Origin: Rickettsiaceae bacterium
GTDB lineage: Bacteria > Pseudomonadota > Alphaproteobacteria > Rickettsiales > UBA1997
Direction of reading: 5' to 3'
Assembly (NCBI GenBank): GCA_021323225.1
Contig: JAJTCH010000001.1
Span: 689,120-753,119 of the forward strand
DNA length: 64,000 bases
The notes beneath the pieces were generated by a model that saw nothing but the letters and a program-made list of their open reading frames with translations, made no database searches and was not told the DNA's origin. Below are positions 26,612-41,175 of this stretch, in pieces. How positions within the stretch are numbered: position 1 is the stretch's first letter; every line of letters begins with the position of its first letter. Position numbers and translations under genes: made by a program.

Positions 26612-27496
26612 CTAATTAGTGTTTTTTGTATAAAGACTTAAAGTGTTTTTAAGCAGGTAGGCAATAGTCATTGGACCAACACCACCAGGCACTGGCGTGA
26701 TAAATTTAGCAACCTGTTTTACGCTTTCAAAATCAACATCTCCGACCAGTCTGGTTTTTCCGCCACCAATATCAATACGATTTATTCCGATATCAATTAC
26801 TGTCGCACCTTCTTTTACCATATCGCCCTTCACTAACCCGGCAACACCCGTAGCGGTAAAAATAACATCAGCTAATAAACATTCGGCTTTTAAATCTTTA
26901 GTGTTGCTATTGGCAACCGTTACTGTGCAACCTTCTAGCATCAAAAGCCTGGATAAAGGACGGCCGACAATATTTGAAGAACCAATAACCAGAGTCTTTA
27001 AACCCTTAAGATTATTGCCCAAAGCTGATTTTAAAAGATGTACAGAACCAAGAGGAGTGCAAGGAATTATCGCCCCATCTTTTTCTCCAACTTCTCCGAT
27101 TGCAAGTTTACCAACATTGATGACATTAAAACCATCAACATCTTTTTTATGGTCAATATTGTGAATAACTTTTTTGCTATCAATATGTTTAGGAAGCGGC
27201 AGCTGGACTAAAATGCCATGGATATTTTCATCCTCATTTAGCTCGGTAATTTTTTGCAGCAGATCACTTTCTGAGATATCGCTGGAAAATTTATAAAGAA
27301 CGGAATTCATTCCAACCAAATGTGCAGCCTTTTCTTTATTGCTGACATAAACCTCGCTGGCAGGATCATTTCCAACTAAAATAACCGCTAAAGTGGGAAT
27401 TATATTATATTTTGCTTTAATTTGCTGAACTTCCTCGGCAATTTTTTGCTTCAAATCAGCAGCAATTTTTTTGCCGTCAATAATCTGTGCGGTCAT
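26612..27496 (-). CDS. folD: bifunctional methylenetetrahydrofolate dehydrogenase/cyclohydrolase
   Basis: MTAQIIDGKKIA start, GILVQLPLP, VGRPL, PVPGGVGPMT. ATG at 27496 preferred over the TTG at 27541. Confidence 0.9.
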   Translation of the reverse strand: MTAQIIDGKKIAADLKQKIAEEVQQIKAKYNIIPTLAVILVGNDPASEVYVSNKEKAAHLVGMNSVLYKFSSDISESDLLQKITELNEDENIHGILVQLPLPKHIDSKKVIHNIDHKKDVDGFNVINVGKLAIGEVGEKDGAIIPCTPLGSVHLLKSALGNNLKGLKTLVIGSSNIVGRPLSRLLMLEGCTVTVANSNTKDLKAECLLADVIFTATGVAGLVKGDMVKEGATVIDIGINRIDIGGGKTRLVGDVDFESVKQVAKFITPVPGGVGPMTIAYLLKNTLSLYTKNTN

Positions 27497-27652
27497 TATT
27501 CTGATTAGTTTCTTTTGGGAAATTCTTTTGGGAAACGGCAAAGCGTAATGGCTAAAAATTTTTAATTCCAGAACTTATTTTTAGAAGTTGTTTTTTAACT
27601 GTGAAATCTTATATTGTCCGCCTCTTTCGAACAAGCTTTAGCAAGATCCGTA

Positions 27653-29419
27653 ATGACTTCCAACAATAAATTTTCCGGCGCAGAAATTATAATTAAAGCC
27701 CTGATTAACGAAGGCGTGGATACCGTATTTGGCTATCCTGGCGGCGCGATCCTGCCATTTTATGATGCGCTTTACCAACAAAATAAACTTACCCATATCC
27801 TTGCTAGACATGAGCAAGCCGCTTCTCACGCTGCTGAAGGCTATGCAAGATCAACCGGAAAAGTTGGCACAATTATTGTTACTTCGGGCCCAGGCGCAAC
27901 AAACGCCATCACCGGCTTAACCGATGCTTTTATGGATTCAATCCCGCTAGTTTGCATCTCCGGCCAGGTTGCAACTCATGTGATTGGCACCGATGGCTTT
28001 CAGGAAGCTGATGTTACCGGCCTTACCCGCCCTTGTACCAAATATAATTATCTAGTTAGAAATGTTGATGATTTGGGATATATAATTCATGAAGCCTTTC
28101 ACATTGCTAGAAGCGGCAGGCCTGGCCCAGTATTGATCGACATTCCAAAAGATATTCAAAATAATTTAGGAATTTATAACGGCAAAATTGAAATCAACCG
28201 CCCTTCTTACCAAATAAAGCCAAAAGCTACTTCTGTGGCTGATAAAGAAAAAATCAAACAAGCGATTGAACTTTTGGCATCAGCAAAAAAGCCAATGATT
28301 TATACCGGCGGCGGCGTTATCAATTCAGGCCCTAAAGCTTGCGAGTTGCTAAAACAATTTGTTGAATTAACCGGCTTTCCAATCACCAACACTTTGATGG
28401 GGCTTGGCGCTTTTCCAGCTAGCGATCCACATTTCGTTGGGATGCTTGGCATGCATGGCACTTATGAAGCCAATATGGCAATGCATGATTGCGATGTGAT
28501 GCTAAATATCGGCGCCAGATTTGACGACCGCATCACCGGCCGCGTTGATAAATTCTCTCCTACTTCCAAAAAAATCCATATTGATATTGACGATTCTTCG
28601 ATTGATAAAATCATCAAAGTTGATATCGGGATCATTGCCGATGCCGCTACCGGCTTGCAAGCGCTGGTTGATGAATGGAAAAATAGCGGATCAAAAAATA
28701 CAAAAGATCAAATCAAGGATTGGTGGGCGCAAATTAAAAAATGGCAAGATATCAAAAGCCTTGCTTATGTTAATAGCGATAAAATCATTAAGCCTGGCTT
28801 TGCTTTGCAAATGTTGGATAAACTTACAAAACCACAAACTCCATTTGTTTCAACCGATGTAGGTCAGCACCAAATGTGGGCCGCACAATATCTAACTTTT
28901 GACAAACCAAATCACTGGCTTACTTCTGGTGGACTTGGCACTATGGGTTATGGTGTTCCGGCAGCAGTTGGCGCGCAAATTGCCAATCCTAATGCTTTGG
29001 TTATGTGTATTTCAGGAGACGCATCTTTCTTGATGAATATGCAAGAGCTGGCCACAATCAAACAATACGAACTTCCGGTTAAAATCATTATTTTGAATAA
29101 CCGCTATATGGGCATGGTGCGCCAGTGGCAAGAGTTGATTTACAGCAGCCGTGAATCTCATTCTTACATGGAATCTTTGCCGGATTTTGTGAAATTAGCA
29201 GAGTGTTTCGGCATTAAAGGAATTAGGTGTGAAGATCCGTCGCAATTGGAAGAAAAATTCCAGGAAATGCTAAATCATAAAGGCCCGGTTCTGTTTGATT
29301 GCGTAGTTGAAAAATCGGAAAATGTTTTCCCGATGATTCCTGCGGGCTCTGCCCATAACGAAATTTTGCTTGGATCGCAATCCAAACAATATGTCCAAAA
29401 AGATCAAAACGCAGTTTAA
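27653..29419 (+). CDS. ilvB: acetolactate synthase large subunit
   Basis: ThDP enzyme: [37 protein letters not shown]. Followed by the small subunit. ATG at 27653 preferred over the TTG at 27614. Confidence 0.9.
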   Translation: MTSNNKFSGAEIIIKALINEGVDTVFGYPGGAILPFYDALYQQNKLTHILARHEQAASHAAEGYARSTGKVGTIIVTSGPGATNAITGLTDAFMDSIPLVCISGQVATHVIGTDGFQEADVTGLTRPCTKYNYLVRNVDDLGYIIHEAFHIARSGRPGPVLIDIPKDIQNNLGIYNGKIEINRPSYQIKPKATSVADKEKIKQAIELLASAKKPMIYTGGGVINSGPKACELLKQFVELTGFPITNTLMGLGAFPASDPHFVGMLGMHGTYEANMAMHDCDVMLNIGARFDDRITGRVDKFSPTSKKIHIDIDDSSIDKIIKVDIGIIADAATGLQALVDEWKNSGSKNTKDQIKDWWAQIKKWQDIKSLAYVNSDKIIKPGFALQMLDKLTKPQTPFVSTDVGQHQMWAAQYLTFDKPNHWLTSGGLGTMGYGVPAAVGAQIANPNALVMCISGDASFLMNMQELATIKQYELPVKIIILNNRYMGMVRQWQELIYSSRESHSYMESLPDFVKLAECFGIKGIRCEDPSQLEEKFQEMLNHKGPVLFDCVVEKSENVFPMIPAGSAHNEILLGSQSKQYVQKDQNAV

Positions 29420-29421
29420 TT

Positions 29422-29940
29422 ATGACTGAAGAAATTAGAAAACATGTAATCTCAATTTTGGTTGATAATGAAGCTGGCGCTTTGGCGCGCATTGTCGATT
29501 TATTTTCCGGCCGCGGCTATAACATCGAGTCGCTAAATGTTGCGCCAATTAATAAGGAGAAGACTTTATCAAGAGTTAATATCACAACTTTTGGCACTGA
29601 TAAAACTATCGATCTAATATGCAAACTGCTCAACCGCATTGTACCGGTGCACACAGCTGCAGAACTTTCTAAACAGGAAGGTTATATTGAACGCGAACTA
29701 CTGTTGCTAAAAATTATCGGCGGCGAAGAAAGAAAGGCTAAAGCAATGGCAATTGGCGATAAATACCGCACCAATGTAGTTGACATTTCCGGCGATTCCA
29801 TAGTTTTTGAAATTGTCGGCAATTCCAAAACTGTTGACGAAATAGTTGAAGAATTTTCTGAACTGGGCATTGATAGCGTTTCTAGAACCGGCGTTGCTGC
29901 TGGATTCAGAGGTAATAAAAAACTAGCAGCTGGCAACTAA
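29422..29940 (+). CDS. ilvH: acetolactate synthase small (regulatory) subunit
   Basis: ACT domain [31 protein letters not shown]. Confidence 0.85.
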   Translation: MTEEIRKHVISILVDNEAGALARIVDLFSGRGYNIESLNVAPINKEKTLSRVNITTFGTDKTIDLICKLLNRIVPVHTAAELSKQEGYIERELLLLKIIGGEERKAKAMAIGDKYRTNVVDISGDSIVFEIVGNSKTVDEIVEEFSELGIDSVSRTGVAAGFRGNKKLAAGN

Positions 29941-29956
29941 TTTTAATTTCAAAATT

Positions 29957-31243
29957 ATGCTTAACGAAAAAGATAAAATTTTTACCAATCTATTCGGCTT
30001 TGAATCACCTAATTTGGACGCAGCTAAAAAACGCGGCGATTGGTCAAATACGGCAGAATTTTTAGCTAAAGGTGAAGGATGGCTTATTGAACAAGTTAAA
30101 GCTTCTGGCCTTAGAGGCAGAGGTGGCGCTGGTTTTCCAACCGGGCTTAAATGGTCTTTTGCTCCGAAAAAATCTGATAAGCCTCATTATTTAGTGGTTA
30201 ATGCCGACGAATCTGAACCCGGCACTTGTAAAGACCGCGATATTTTAAGACATGAACCACATAAATTAATTGAAGGTTGTTTGATTGGCGCTAGAGCCAT
30301 CAATGCCAACACTTGTTACATCTATATCCGTGGCGAATATTATAATGAAGCAGTCGCTCTGCAAAAAGCAATTGATGAAGCTTATGCTGCAGGGCTAATT
30401 GGCAAAAATGCCTGCAAATCAGGATGGGATTTGGATATTTATATTCATCGTGGAGCAGGAGCTTATATTTGCGGAGAAGAAACTGCACTTTTAGAAAGTC
30501 TTGAAGGCAATAAAGGTCAACCACGTCTCAAGCCACCCTTCCCCGCCTTGATTGGTCTTTACGGCTGTCCAACGATTATCAACAATGTCGAGTCAATTGC
30601 GGTCGTTCCAACAATTTTGCGTCGTGGCGCTGAGTGGTTTGCAAAAATTGGAAAAGAAAAAAATACTGGCACAAAAATTTTCTGCATCTCCGGCCATGTC
30701 AATAAGCCTTGCAATGTTGAAGAAGAAATGGGAATTCCTTTAAAAGAACTGATTGAAAAACATGCCGGCGGAGTCCGTGGCGGCTGGGACAATTTGTTGG
30801 CTGTTATTCCAGGCGGCTCCTCCGTTCCACTTTTGCCTAAAAATATTTGTGATACTATCACAATGGATTTTGATGCGCTGCGCGCTGCGGGTTCTGGCCT
30901 TGGCACTGCCGGTGTTATCGTTATGGATAAATCTACCGATGTTATTGCTGCCATTGCCAGACTTTCTTATTTTTACAAACATGAATCTTGCGGACAATGC
31001 ACACCATGCCGAGAAGGAACTGGTTGGGTTTTGCGGGTGATGAAGAGAATGATAAAAGGTGATGCAGAAATTGCTGAAATTGATCAGCTTTATGATCTAA
31101 CTAAACAAATTGAAGGTCATACAATATGCGCCCTTGGAGATGCTGCAGCCTGGCCGGTACAAGGTTTAATCAGGCATTTTAAAGATGAGATGATTGCTAG
31201 AATTGAAAAATACAAAAGCGCAACGCAGCAAAGATTTGCTTAG
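29957..31243 (+). CDS. nuoF: NADH-quinone oxidoreductase subunit F
   Basis: [20 protein letters not shown] site and [12 protein letters not shown] 4Fe-4S motif. Confidence 0.95.
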   Translation: MLNEKDKIFTNLFGFESPNLDAAKKRGDWSNTAEFLAKGEGWLIEQVKASGLRGRGGAGFPTGLKWSFAPKKSDKPHYLVVNADESEPGTCKDRDILRHEPHKLIEGCLIGARAINANTCYIYIRGEYYNEAVALQKAIDEAYAAGLIGKNACKSGWDLDIYIHRGAGAYICGEETALLESLEGNKGQPRLKPPFPALIGLYGCPTIINNVESIAVVPTILRRGAEWFAKIGKEKNTGTKIFCISGHVNKPCNVEEEMGIPLKELIEKHAGGVRGGWDNLLAVIPGGSSVPLLPKNICDTITMDFDALRAAGSGLGTAGVIVMDKSTDVIAAIARLSYFYKHESCGQCTPCREGTGWVLRVMKRMIKGDAEIAEIDQLYDLTKQIEGHTICALGDAAAWPVQGLIRHFKDEMIARIEKYKSATQQRFA

Positions 31244-31273
31244 CGTTATATCGATGTAACAAAATTATTATAT

Positions 31274-32485
31274 ATGCAAAAAATTGTAGCTCTAATTACC
31301 GCTTCTGGGCGCGGTTCTCGCCTTAGCGTCAATGGCGAAGGAATTCCTAAACAATATCTGCCTTTGGCTGGCGTTCCAATGCTTAGACATACTATCCTGG
31401 CATTTCTCCACCACCCACAAATAACTGATGTTATCTGCACCATTCACCCGGATGATGTTGCCCTTTATGAAGAAACAATCGTTGGGCTTGATTTGTTGAA
31501 TCCGGTTTTTGGTGGCGAAACAAGACAAGCTTCCGTTCTTAATGGTTTAGAAGCGCTTATTGAATATGCTCCTGATAAAGTTTTAATCCATGACGGCGCA
31601 CGGCCATTTGTTTCCAGACGTGTTATTGATGGCATTTTGCAAAAGCTGGAAACTCACCCGGCCGTTATTCCGGCAATTGCCGTTGAAGATACTATCAAAA
31701 AATATAGTGATGGAAAAATTGAATGGACGGTTGAAAGAGAAAATCTCTGGCGCGCTCAAACCCCGCAAGGTTTTATTTATACCGATATTCTAAATGCCCA
31801 TAACGCATTTAAAGATATTAATTTTACTGACGATGCTGCTCTTGATGAATATGCCGGTATTCCGGTTGCCATTATTCCTGGCTCACAAAATAATTTTAAA
31901 ATCACTACTGAAGAAGATTACGAAAGGGCAAAAAGAGTTATTTCTCTAAAAATTAAGGAAGTTAAAGAAGAAGTGCGCTGCGGAATTGGCTATGATGTTC
32001 ACCGTTTCCGACCAAGAGAAAAAGGTGAAGCGCATTCAGTGAGAATTGGAGGTGTTGATATTCACACAGCAGAAGATTTTGACAAAAAAATTGAAGCCCA
32101 TTCCGATGGTGATGTTGCTATCCATTCCATAATGGACGCGCTTTTAGGGGCAATTGGTAGCGGCGATATTGGCGAACATTTTCCGCCAACTGACAATAGA
32201 TGGAAAGATTTTGATTCGAGAGAAATGCTCAAACAAGTCAATCATATGGTGAGAAAAAAAGGCGGAAGCATAATCAATATTGATCTAACTATTATTTGCG
32301 AAAGACCAAGGATTTCCAAATATAAACATCAAATGGCAGAATCAATCGCAGCAACTTTGAATATTGACAAAACCCGCGTCAATGTAAAAGCAACCACAAC
32401 TGAAAAGCTCGGGTTTTTAGGACGTGAAGAAGGCATTGCCGCAGAGGCAATCTGTAATGTTTCTATGGCTGTTTTGGAGAAATAA
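31274..32485 (+). CDS. ispDF: bifunctional IspD/IspF (MEP cytidylyltransferase / MEcPP synthase)
   Basis: N-terminal ASGRGSRL cytidylyltransferase motif; C-terminal GYDVHRF...HSDGDV IspF motifs. Confidence 0.9.
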   Translation: MQKIVALITASGRGSRLSVNGEGIPKQYLPLAGVPMLRHTILAFLHHPQITDVICTIHPDDVALYEETIVGLDLLNPVFGGETRQASVLNGLEALIEYAPDKVLIHDGARPFVSRRVIDGILQKLETHPAVIPAIAVEDTIKKYSDGKIEWTVERENLWRAQTPQGFIYTDILNAHNAFKDINFTDDAALDEYAGIPVAIIPGSQNNFKITTEEDYERAKRVISLKIKEVKEEVRCGIGYDVHRFRPREKGEAHSVRIGGVDIHTAEDFDKKIEAHSDGDVAIHSIMDALLGAIGSGDIGEHFPPTDNRWKDFDSREMLKQVNHMVRKKGGSIINIDLTIICERPRISKYKHQMAESIAATLNIDKTRVNVKATTTEKLGFLGREEGIAAEAICNVSMAVLEK

Positions 32486-32920
32486 TTAACAATCCTCACT
32501 TTTCATAAAGGATTTATATTGCTCTAATTCACTCTTTCTCTGTCATTTTCTAAAAGTTTATCATTCGATTTGTACAATTCTCAATTCCCTCCCTTATTAC
32601 TCCTGAGTAGAATTTTGAGCTCGCTAAAAACCTTGGGAGATCTTGCGCTCAGCAGCTTGAATGAAGAATTTCAAGAATCATTCTTTAAAAACTGATCCTG
32701 GTTTTTTCCAAATCAACAATAAAACTTTTCTTGGGCAATAAACTACTTAAGAAAATCTAGCACAAGAGATGATCCTGCATAGAAAATGGAGAAACAAAGA
32801 AGAATAAAAATTATAAATAAGAATTACTAGATAGATAAGCTTTCGCGCTTAGTAGGAAAATATCTGAATGGGAAAAGAGGGAGGAAATAAAGGAATGAAG
32901 TTAAGCAGAGCGCTTTATAA

Positions 32921-33036
32921 GCTTGGCGACAACCTAATCTCCCGGGAAACAAATCCAAGTACCATCGGCGCGACGCACGTTTCACTGGCGAGTTCGGGAT
33001 GTATCGAGTGGTTCCATGCCGCAATAATCACCAAGC
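32921..33036 (-). rRNA. rrf: 5S ribosomal RNA
   Basis: Minus strand: GCTTGGTGA...CCCGAACTC...GTGAAACG...CGCCGATGGTACT...TCGCCAAGC aligns by eye with bacterial 5S. Flanked by a 13-bp inverted repeat. Confidence 0.85.
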
Positions 33037-33180
33037 CAATAAAGCGCTCTGTTCTAATGGTTAATTGTTAATTGGATAGAACCAAAAAACAATTAACCAT
33101 TATTTTTAATAACTGACACCATAAAGAATATTTCACAATCAAGCACAAACAGATTTAACACTGCATATGACTTACTTAAA

Positions 33181-35790
<2,610 letters not shown>

Positions 35791-36049
35791 AGCCATATGC
35801 AGAATTAAATCTGCTTACGACTAGATTGCATATACTCTTTTGCGCTTGATTGATACTTTGTATTTACATTCCGTAAATACGGTATTCTCTACATTTGCAT
35901 TTACATTATTTGTAAATGCGGTGTCAGTTATTATTCACAATGTCAAACAACAAAACACACTTCATCAATCAGAAAAATGACTGGCGAAGCGTTGTAACAC
36001 TTGTCTTAAGAAGGATTTTTAAAAAGATTTTCTAAAGTCAAGGCGGGGA

Positions 36050-36078
36050 AATTTAGTGATATTATTTGGCAATGTCAA
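36050..36078 (-). promoter_or_regulatory. candidate sigma-70 promoter for the 23S-5S unit
   Basis: Minus strand reads TTGACA, 17 nt, then TAAATT, about 260 nt upstream of the 23S 5' end. Sequence match only. Confidence 0.3.
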
Positions 36079-36167
36079 CAGAATTATTTAAAAAAAATTA
36101 CAGAACTGTTTTTATAAATTTAGAAATAGATTATTAAATCAAAACTCAACTAGCTAAACCAACCAAA

Positions 36168-37982
36168 ATGAAACTCTCTTCGCCATCACAAATTCTTGAA
36201 AAAACCTTCGGCTATAAAAATTTTCGCTGGCGGCAAGAAGAAATTATTAACCAAATTGTTAATGGCAAAAATGCATTGGTACTGATGCCAACCGGCGGCG
36301 GTAAGTCGCTTTGCTATCAGGTTCCTGCTTTATGTTTGCCTGGTACGGCAATTGTGATTTCACCTTTAATTGCCTTGATGCAAGATCAGGTCGGGGCGCT
36401 AAAACAATTAGGAATTGCAGCCGGATATATCAATTCTTCAATGACGGCCTCACAGGTTTTTCAAACTAAAGCTGCACTGGAAAATGGTGAATTAAAATTA
36501 CTTTATGTGGCGCCGGAAAGATTGTTGTTGGAAGATTTTTTGAACTTATTATCCAAAATCAAAATCTCACTTTTTGCTATTGATGAAGCTCACTGCGTTT
36601 CTGAGTGGGGTCATGATTTTCGGCCGGTTTATACTGAGTTGTCAATTTTGGAAGATAGATTCCCAAAAGTTCCCCGTATTGCTCTTACCGCCACTGCAGA
36701 TGTCGCAACCAGAAAAGATATTATCCAGCGTTTAGGTCTTAATTCTGCACAAATTTTTGTCTCCAGTTTTGATCGTCCGAATATCCACTACAGCATCCAC
36801 AACAGGCAAAACAGCAAGCAACAACTACTGGAATTCATCAAAACCAATCATCCAAAAGATAGTGGAATTGTTTATTGTTTATCACGAAATAAAACTGAAG
36901 AAATCACTAGTTGGCTACAAAGCGAAGGCTTTAAGGCTCTCGCCTATCATGCCGGAATGAAAAATGACGAGAGAAAAAAGAATCTGGAAAAATTCTTGCA
37001 GGAAGAAAATATTATTATTGTAGCGACAATCGCATTTGGTATGGGCATTGATAAACCGGATGTGCGTTTTGTTGCTCACCTAAATATCCCCAAAAATATC
37101 GAAGCTTATTACCAAGAAACCGGAAGGGCCGGAAGAGATGGACTGCCGGCTTCTGCCTGGATGTGCTATGGCATGAGTGATGTCGCAATGCAAAGAAATT
37201 TTATTGAAGAATCAAATGCCGATGAAAACCAAAAACGCATTGAGCGTCAAAAATTAAGCTCGCTTTTGGGCCTATGCGAAGCCACAACTTGCCGGCGCCA
37301 AATTCTTCTTGAATATTTCGGCGATCAAATTTCTCCTTGTGGCAATTGCGATATTTGTCTTACTAATCCAGAAACTTTTGATGGCACAATTGCTGCACAA
37401 AAAGCTATCTCTTGCGTCTATCGCACTGAGCAAAGATTTGGTATGATTTATTTAATTGATGTTTTACTTGGATCTGAAAATGACCGCATAAAAAACTTCC
37501 GCCATGATCAAATTAGCACCTTCGGCATCGGCAAAGAATTTAGCAAGCAAGAATGGCAAAGTATTTTTAGACAATTGGTGGCAATGAATTTTCTAAAAGT
37601 GGATATCGCTGGCCATGGCGGAATATCAATAACTGAAAGTGGAATGGAATTTTTGCGCAATAAAAAACCAATTCAATTAAGAAAATATGTCGGCAAAGTA
37701 AAAATAAAATCCACCACCAAAACCCAGTCTAAAACCGCAGTTAATCTGGAATTATCTAATGAAAAAGAAAATAATCTCTTCGCCAAACTAAAAGCCAAAC
37801 GACTAGAACTGGCAAAGGCACAAAATCTTCCATCCTACATAATTTTTCACGATAAAACTTTGATTGAAATGATAAAAGCCGAACCAAAAACTTTGGAAGA
37901 TATGCTAAAAATCAACGGCGTTGGCGAAGCAAAGATTAAAAATTATGGGGAAATATTTTTGGGAGTTTTAAATGAAGAATAA
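36168..37982 (+). CDS. recQ: ATP-dependent DNA helicase RecQ
   Basis: [25 protein letters not shown], zinc-finger CRRQ...CGNCDIC, C-terminal HRDC-like [12 protein letters not shown]. Confidence 0.9.
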   Translation: MKLSSPSQILEKTFGYKNFRWRQEEIINQIVNGKNALVLMPTGGGKSLCYQVPALCLPGTAIVISPLIALMQDQVGALKQLGIAAGYINSSMTASQVFQTKAALENGELKLLYVAPERLLLEDFLNLLSKIKISLFAIDEAHCVSEWGHDFRPVYTELSILEDRFPKVPRIALTATADVATRKDIIQRLGLNSAQIFVSSFDRPNIHYSIHNRQNSKQQLLEFIKTNHPKDSGIVYCLSRNKTEEITSWLQSEGFKALAYHAGMKNDERKKNLEKFLQEENIIIVATIAFGMGIDKPDVRFVAHLNIPKNIEAYYQETGRAGRDGLPASAWMCYGMSDVAMQRNFIEESNADENQKRIERQKLSSLLGLCEATTCRRQILLEYFGDQISPCGNCDICLTNPETFDGTIAAQKAISCVYRTEQRFGMIYLIDVLLGSENDRIKNFRHDQISTFGIGKEFSKQEWQSIFRQLVAMNFLKVDIAGHGGISITESGMEFLRNKKPIQLRKYVGKVKIKSTTKTQSKTAVNLELSNEKENNLFAKLKAKRLELAKAQNLPSYIIFHDKTLIEMIKAEPKTLEDMLKINGVGEAKIKNYGEIFLGVLNEE

Positions 37983-38182
37983 TTAAAAGGTGAATTTTAT
38001 AACTATGGTTTGTAACCTATTTTAATCTTCAAATCATTGGGGTTTTCAATTTTATCCTTCTGGCACAACAAGACTTTCGCTGATTTAAAATATCTGCTTG
38101 TGAGTTGCCGATCTTTCATTTTACCATAAAACTATAACCATCTAATAACATTATTTCTTATATCTATTTATCACGATAAATC

Positions 38183-39070
38183 ATGAAGAAAACCCAAGCT
38201 AAGTCAGCTTTTTCCCTTATCGAACTCTCAGTAGTCATCCTCTTAATCGGAATTTTAGTGTTGGGTGTCGTCAAAGGATCATCAATTATTAGGCGAGCTA
38301 AACTTTCTTCCGCCATTTCTCTTACTAAAGCATCACCAGTTAATACTACGGAAAATTTATTACTTTGGCTAGATACCACATCAGATGACGCCTTTACCGC
38401 TACTGAAAAAATGGATGGCGGCAAAATTAGCAATTGGTATAACACCAGCTTACAAGCAACAGACAAGACTGGAGGAGCTCAAGGTGGCGCTACATCATTA
38501 AAACCAACCTATGTTGCCGATGGTATCAATAACTTGCCAGCACTTAGCTTTAACGGCACCAGTAATTACTTACTAACCAAAAATATCACTACCGGTGATT
38601 ATACTGTTTTTATTGTTCTTAAAACTCAACATCCTGGTCCTGGCACTGCTGGCGGTCATGCATTTACAGGGTCTGGAATTTTAAGTGCTGATGTTAGTGG
38701 TGGCGCAAATGATGTCATACCACTCTCCATCACCGCAGGATATGCCAAAACTTTTGTCGGTGCCCCAGGCTTAACCGTAACCAGTACTAATACAATAAAT
38801 GACAATAAAGCAAATATAGTAACAGTAACTCGTTCACTATCGAGTGGATTATTGTCCCTATATGTTAATGGAGCTAATGGCGTCTCCGCAACCGGAACCG
38901 CGGGGGTATCCTTAACAACCCCAGCAAACTTAGGAATCGGCGTTGATGTAGTAAATGCTCGCTATTATCAAGGCTTTCTTTCTGAGATAATTATTTTTAA
39001 CAGAGTATTATCTCCTTCCGAAAGAACAAATATTGAGAATTATCTCAAAGACAAGTGGGGAATAAAATAA
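38183..39070 (+). CDS. prepilin-type N-terminal methylation-motif protein with LamG/concanavalin-like C-terminal domain
   Basis: KSA|FSLIELSVVILLIGIL (E at +5, hydrophobic helix). C-terminus GFLSEIIIFNRVLSPSERTNIENYL is typical of LamG-type jelly rolls. Confidence 0.65.
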   Translation: MKKTQAKSAFSLIELSVVILLIGILVLGVVKGSSIIRRAKLSSAISLTKASPVNTTENLLLWLDTTSDDAFTATEKMDGGKISNWYNTSLQATDKTGGAQGGATSLKPTYVADGINNLPALSFNGTSNYLLTKNITTGDYTVFIVLKTQHPGPGTAGGHAFTGSGILSADVSGGANDVIPLSITAGYAKTFVGAPGLTVTSTNTINDNKANIVTVTRSLSSGLLSLYVNGANGVSATGTAGVSLTTPANLGIGVDVVNARYYQGFLSEIIIFNRVLSPSERTNIENYLKDKWGIK

Positions 39071-39092
39071 GGAAAATATCAACTAGCATAGA

Positions 39093-39111
39093 ATTGCTTT
39101 TGAAAAGCAAT
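39093..39111. terminator. possible bidirectional hairpin between convergent genes
   Basis: attgcttt-tga-aaagcaat (8-bp stem); weak flanking T tracts. Confidence 0.3.
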
Positions 39112-39194
39112 ATAGATGGATTTGTTATTAAGCTAAAACGTCAATTTTTGACAAGATTAAAAAGCTATAGATTAAGATTTGCTACCAAAATCAA

Positions 39195-40376
39195 CTATCT
39201 ATCCACTTCCCCAAAAACAATATCCTGAGTAGAAATCACCGTCACAACGTCAGCCAGCAAGTGCCCTTTAACCATGAAGTCCAGGGCCTGGAGGTGAACA
39301 AAACCTGGGGCACGAAGACGACAGCGATAGGGACGGTTGCTGCCATCGGAGATTATATAGACGCCGAATTCACCTTTTGGGGCTTCGACGCAACCATAGG
39401 TCTCTCCGGCCGGGACATGGTAACCTTCAGTGTAGAGTTTGAAATGGTGAATTAGGGCTTCCATGGAGGTTTTCATGTCAGCTCTTTTTGGAGGGGTAAT
39501 TTTGTGATCCGTAGTAGAAACTGGGCCTTGCGGCATTTGTTCGATACATTGTTTGATAATACGAATTGACTGGCGCATTTCTTCAACGCGAATTAGATAA
39601 CGGTCATAGGAATCGCCATTTTTGCCGACCGGCACATCAAAATCCATTTTGTCATAAACTTCATAAGGTTGCGATTTTCTAAGATCCCAGGCAATGCCGG
39701 AGCCACGAATCATCGGGCCAGTGAAGCCCCAATCGAGAGCTTGCTCTGGCGATACAACGCCAATGCCAACCATTCTTTGTTTGAAGATTCTGTTATCAGT
39801 TAGGAGATTTTCTAGATCATCAACATATTTGATATAACCATCGGCAAATTTCTTAATATCCTCTAAAAGTCCTGCCGGCAAGTCTTGGTGAACTCCTCCT
39901 GGACGTATATAGGCAGCGTGCATTCTAGAACCACTAACCCTTTCATAAAATTCCATCATTTTTTCTCTTTCTTCAAAAAGCCAAAGTAATGGGGTCATTG
40001 CTCCCACATCCAGAGCCTGGGTGGTGATGGCCATGATATGGTTGAGAATTCTAGTAATTTCAGAAAACAAAACGCGGATATATTGACCGCGGGGAGGAAT
40101 TTTGCAGCCCAGCAATTTTTCTACCGCCAGTGAATAAGCATGTTCCTGGCACATTGGAGAGACATAATCCAAACGATCCAGATAAGGCAAGGCTTGTAAA
40201 TAAGTTTTATATTCCATCAATTTTTCAGTGCCTCGATGCAGTAATCCGATATGCGGGTCAGCACGCTCAATTACTTCTCCATCCATTTCCAGCACTAAAC
40301 GCAAAACGCCGTGAGCGGCCGGATGTTGCGGACCGAAATTGATGGTCATATTTTTTAGATCAACTTGCTTTTCCAT
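39195..40376 (-). CDS. nuoD: NADH-quinone oxidoreductase subunit D
   Basis: [22 protein letters not shown]; C-terminal DIVFGEVDR. Confidence 0.95.
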   Translation of the reverse strand: MEKQVDLKNMTINFGPQHPAAHGVLRLVLEMDGEVIERADPHIGLLHRGTEKLMEYKTYLQALPYLDRLDYVSPMCQEHAYSLAVEKLLGCKIPPRGQYIRVLFSEITRILNHIMAITTQALDVGAMTPLLWLFEEREKMMEFYERVSGSRMHAAYIRPGGVHQDLPAGLLEDIKKFADGYIKYVDDLENLLTDNRIFKQRMVGIGVVSPEQALDWGFTGPMIRGSGIAWDLRKSQPYEVYDKMDFDVPVGKNGDSYDRYLIRVEEMRQSIRIIKQCIEQMPQGPVSTTDHKITPPKRADMKTSMEALIHHFKLYTEGYHVPAGETYGCVEAPKGEFGVYIISDGSNRPYRCRLRAPGFVHLQALDFMVKGHLLADVVTVISTQDIVFGEVDR

Positions 40377-40398
40377 TTTGATTTTATCAATTTGTTAA

Positions 40399-41175
40399 CT
40401 AATTATTTCTTGCCGCGGCATCATCGGCATTTTTGGTTGCTAGATTCATTTTTTCTTCCAACAACATATTTAAACCCGGAATATCTTCCTCTTTAACATT
40501 CTTATCTGCCCAAAAAAAATCACCATAACAATAACAAACAACGCCAAAAGGCAAAGGTATCCTGAGTTTATCCCAAGTGTTTAGACTAAAAAATTTGGAA
40601 TAACCGATACCAAGCGGAACAATCGGGGCAGATGTCAATTTAGCAATTTTAACAACTTCACCATTGATTTTATGCACTGGGCCTCTTGGGCCGTCAGGAG
40701 TGATAGAAATCCCCAAACCATTCTTGAAGGAACGGATAATTTCCTTCAAACCATGCATATCGATGCCACGGCTAGCTTTTCTGCCTGATTTTGAAGAACC
40801 CAAAACAATATTGGCTCCAAATTTTTTTATTACTCCTCCGATAAATCTGCCGTCACCATGTTTGGAAGCAAGAGCAGAGATTTTATCAATTTTGTTAAAT
40901 TTCCTGATTGTGGCAGGAACGAAAGGCGACATCATTATCCGATTATGCCAAGTAACCAATAGAGCCGGTTGCTTGTTTTTAAACCTCTCCATCACCTGCT
41001 CGTGACCGATTATGATTTTTTTGCTGGTGCAATGAACAAGGCGAATATAGGAAGCAATTAGACAACAAATTATTTCTTGAACCAAACTGGTATAAAAAAA
41101 ACTTCTGATAATTTTTTTAAATTTGGTTCTAACATCAAACCAACTAATTTTCCTCATCTTAGGCTGATTCCCCAT
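40399..41175 (-). CDS. DUF374-type lysophospholipid acyltransferase-family protein
   Basis: LVTWHNR and ITPDGPRGP motifs recalled for DUF374. Confidence 0.6.
   Translation of the reverse strand: MGNQPKMRKISWFDVRTKFKKIIRSFFYTSLVQEIICCLIASYIRLVHCTSKKIIIGHEQVMERFKNKQPALLVTWHNRIMMSPFVPATIRKFNKIDKISALASKHGDGRFIGGVIKKFGANIVLGSSKSGRKASRGIDMHGLKEIIRSFKNGLGISITPDGPRGPVHKINGEVVKIAKLTSAPIVPLGIGYSKFFSLNTWDKLRIPLPFGVVCYCYGDFFWADKNVKEEDIPGLNMLLEEKMNLATKNADDAAARNN

Noticed and set aside
27541-27652. Possible ilv leader peptide or attenuator upstream of ilvB (TTG ORF from 27614).
   Set aside because: The 13-codon extension ([13 protein letters not shown]) is not rich in Val, Leu or Ile, and no terminator/antiterminator pairing is evident.
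26697-31040. Antisense or out-of-frame ORFs within folD, ilvB, ilvH and nuoF (for example 26697-27164, 28521-28862, 29682-29936, 30559-30954).
   Set aside because: Each is nested in a motif-supported gene and has a low-complexity translation.
39195-40376. nuoD looks GC-richer, with more CGN Arg and G-ending codons than its neighbours; considered horizontal acquisition together with the pilin-like gene.
   Set aside because: NuoD is highly conserved. nuoF and dnaK show similar enrichment of GC-ending codons. I cannot compute composition statistics here, so there is no solid basis.
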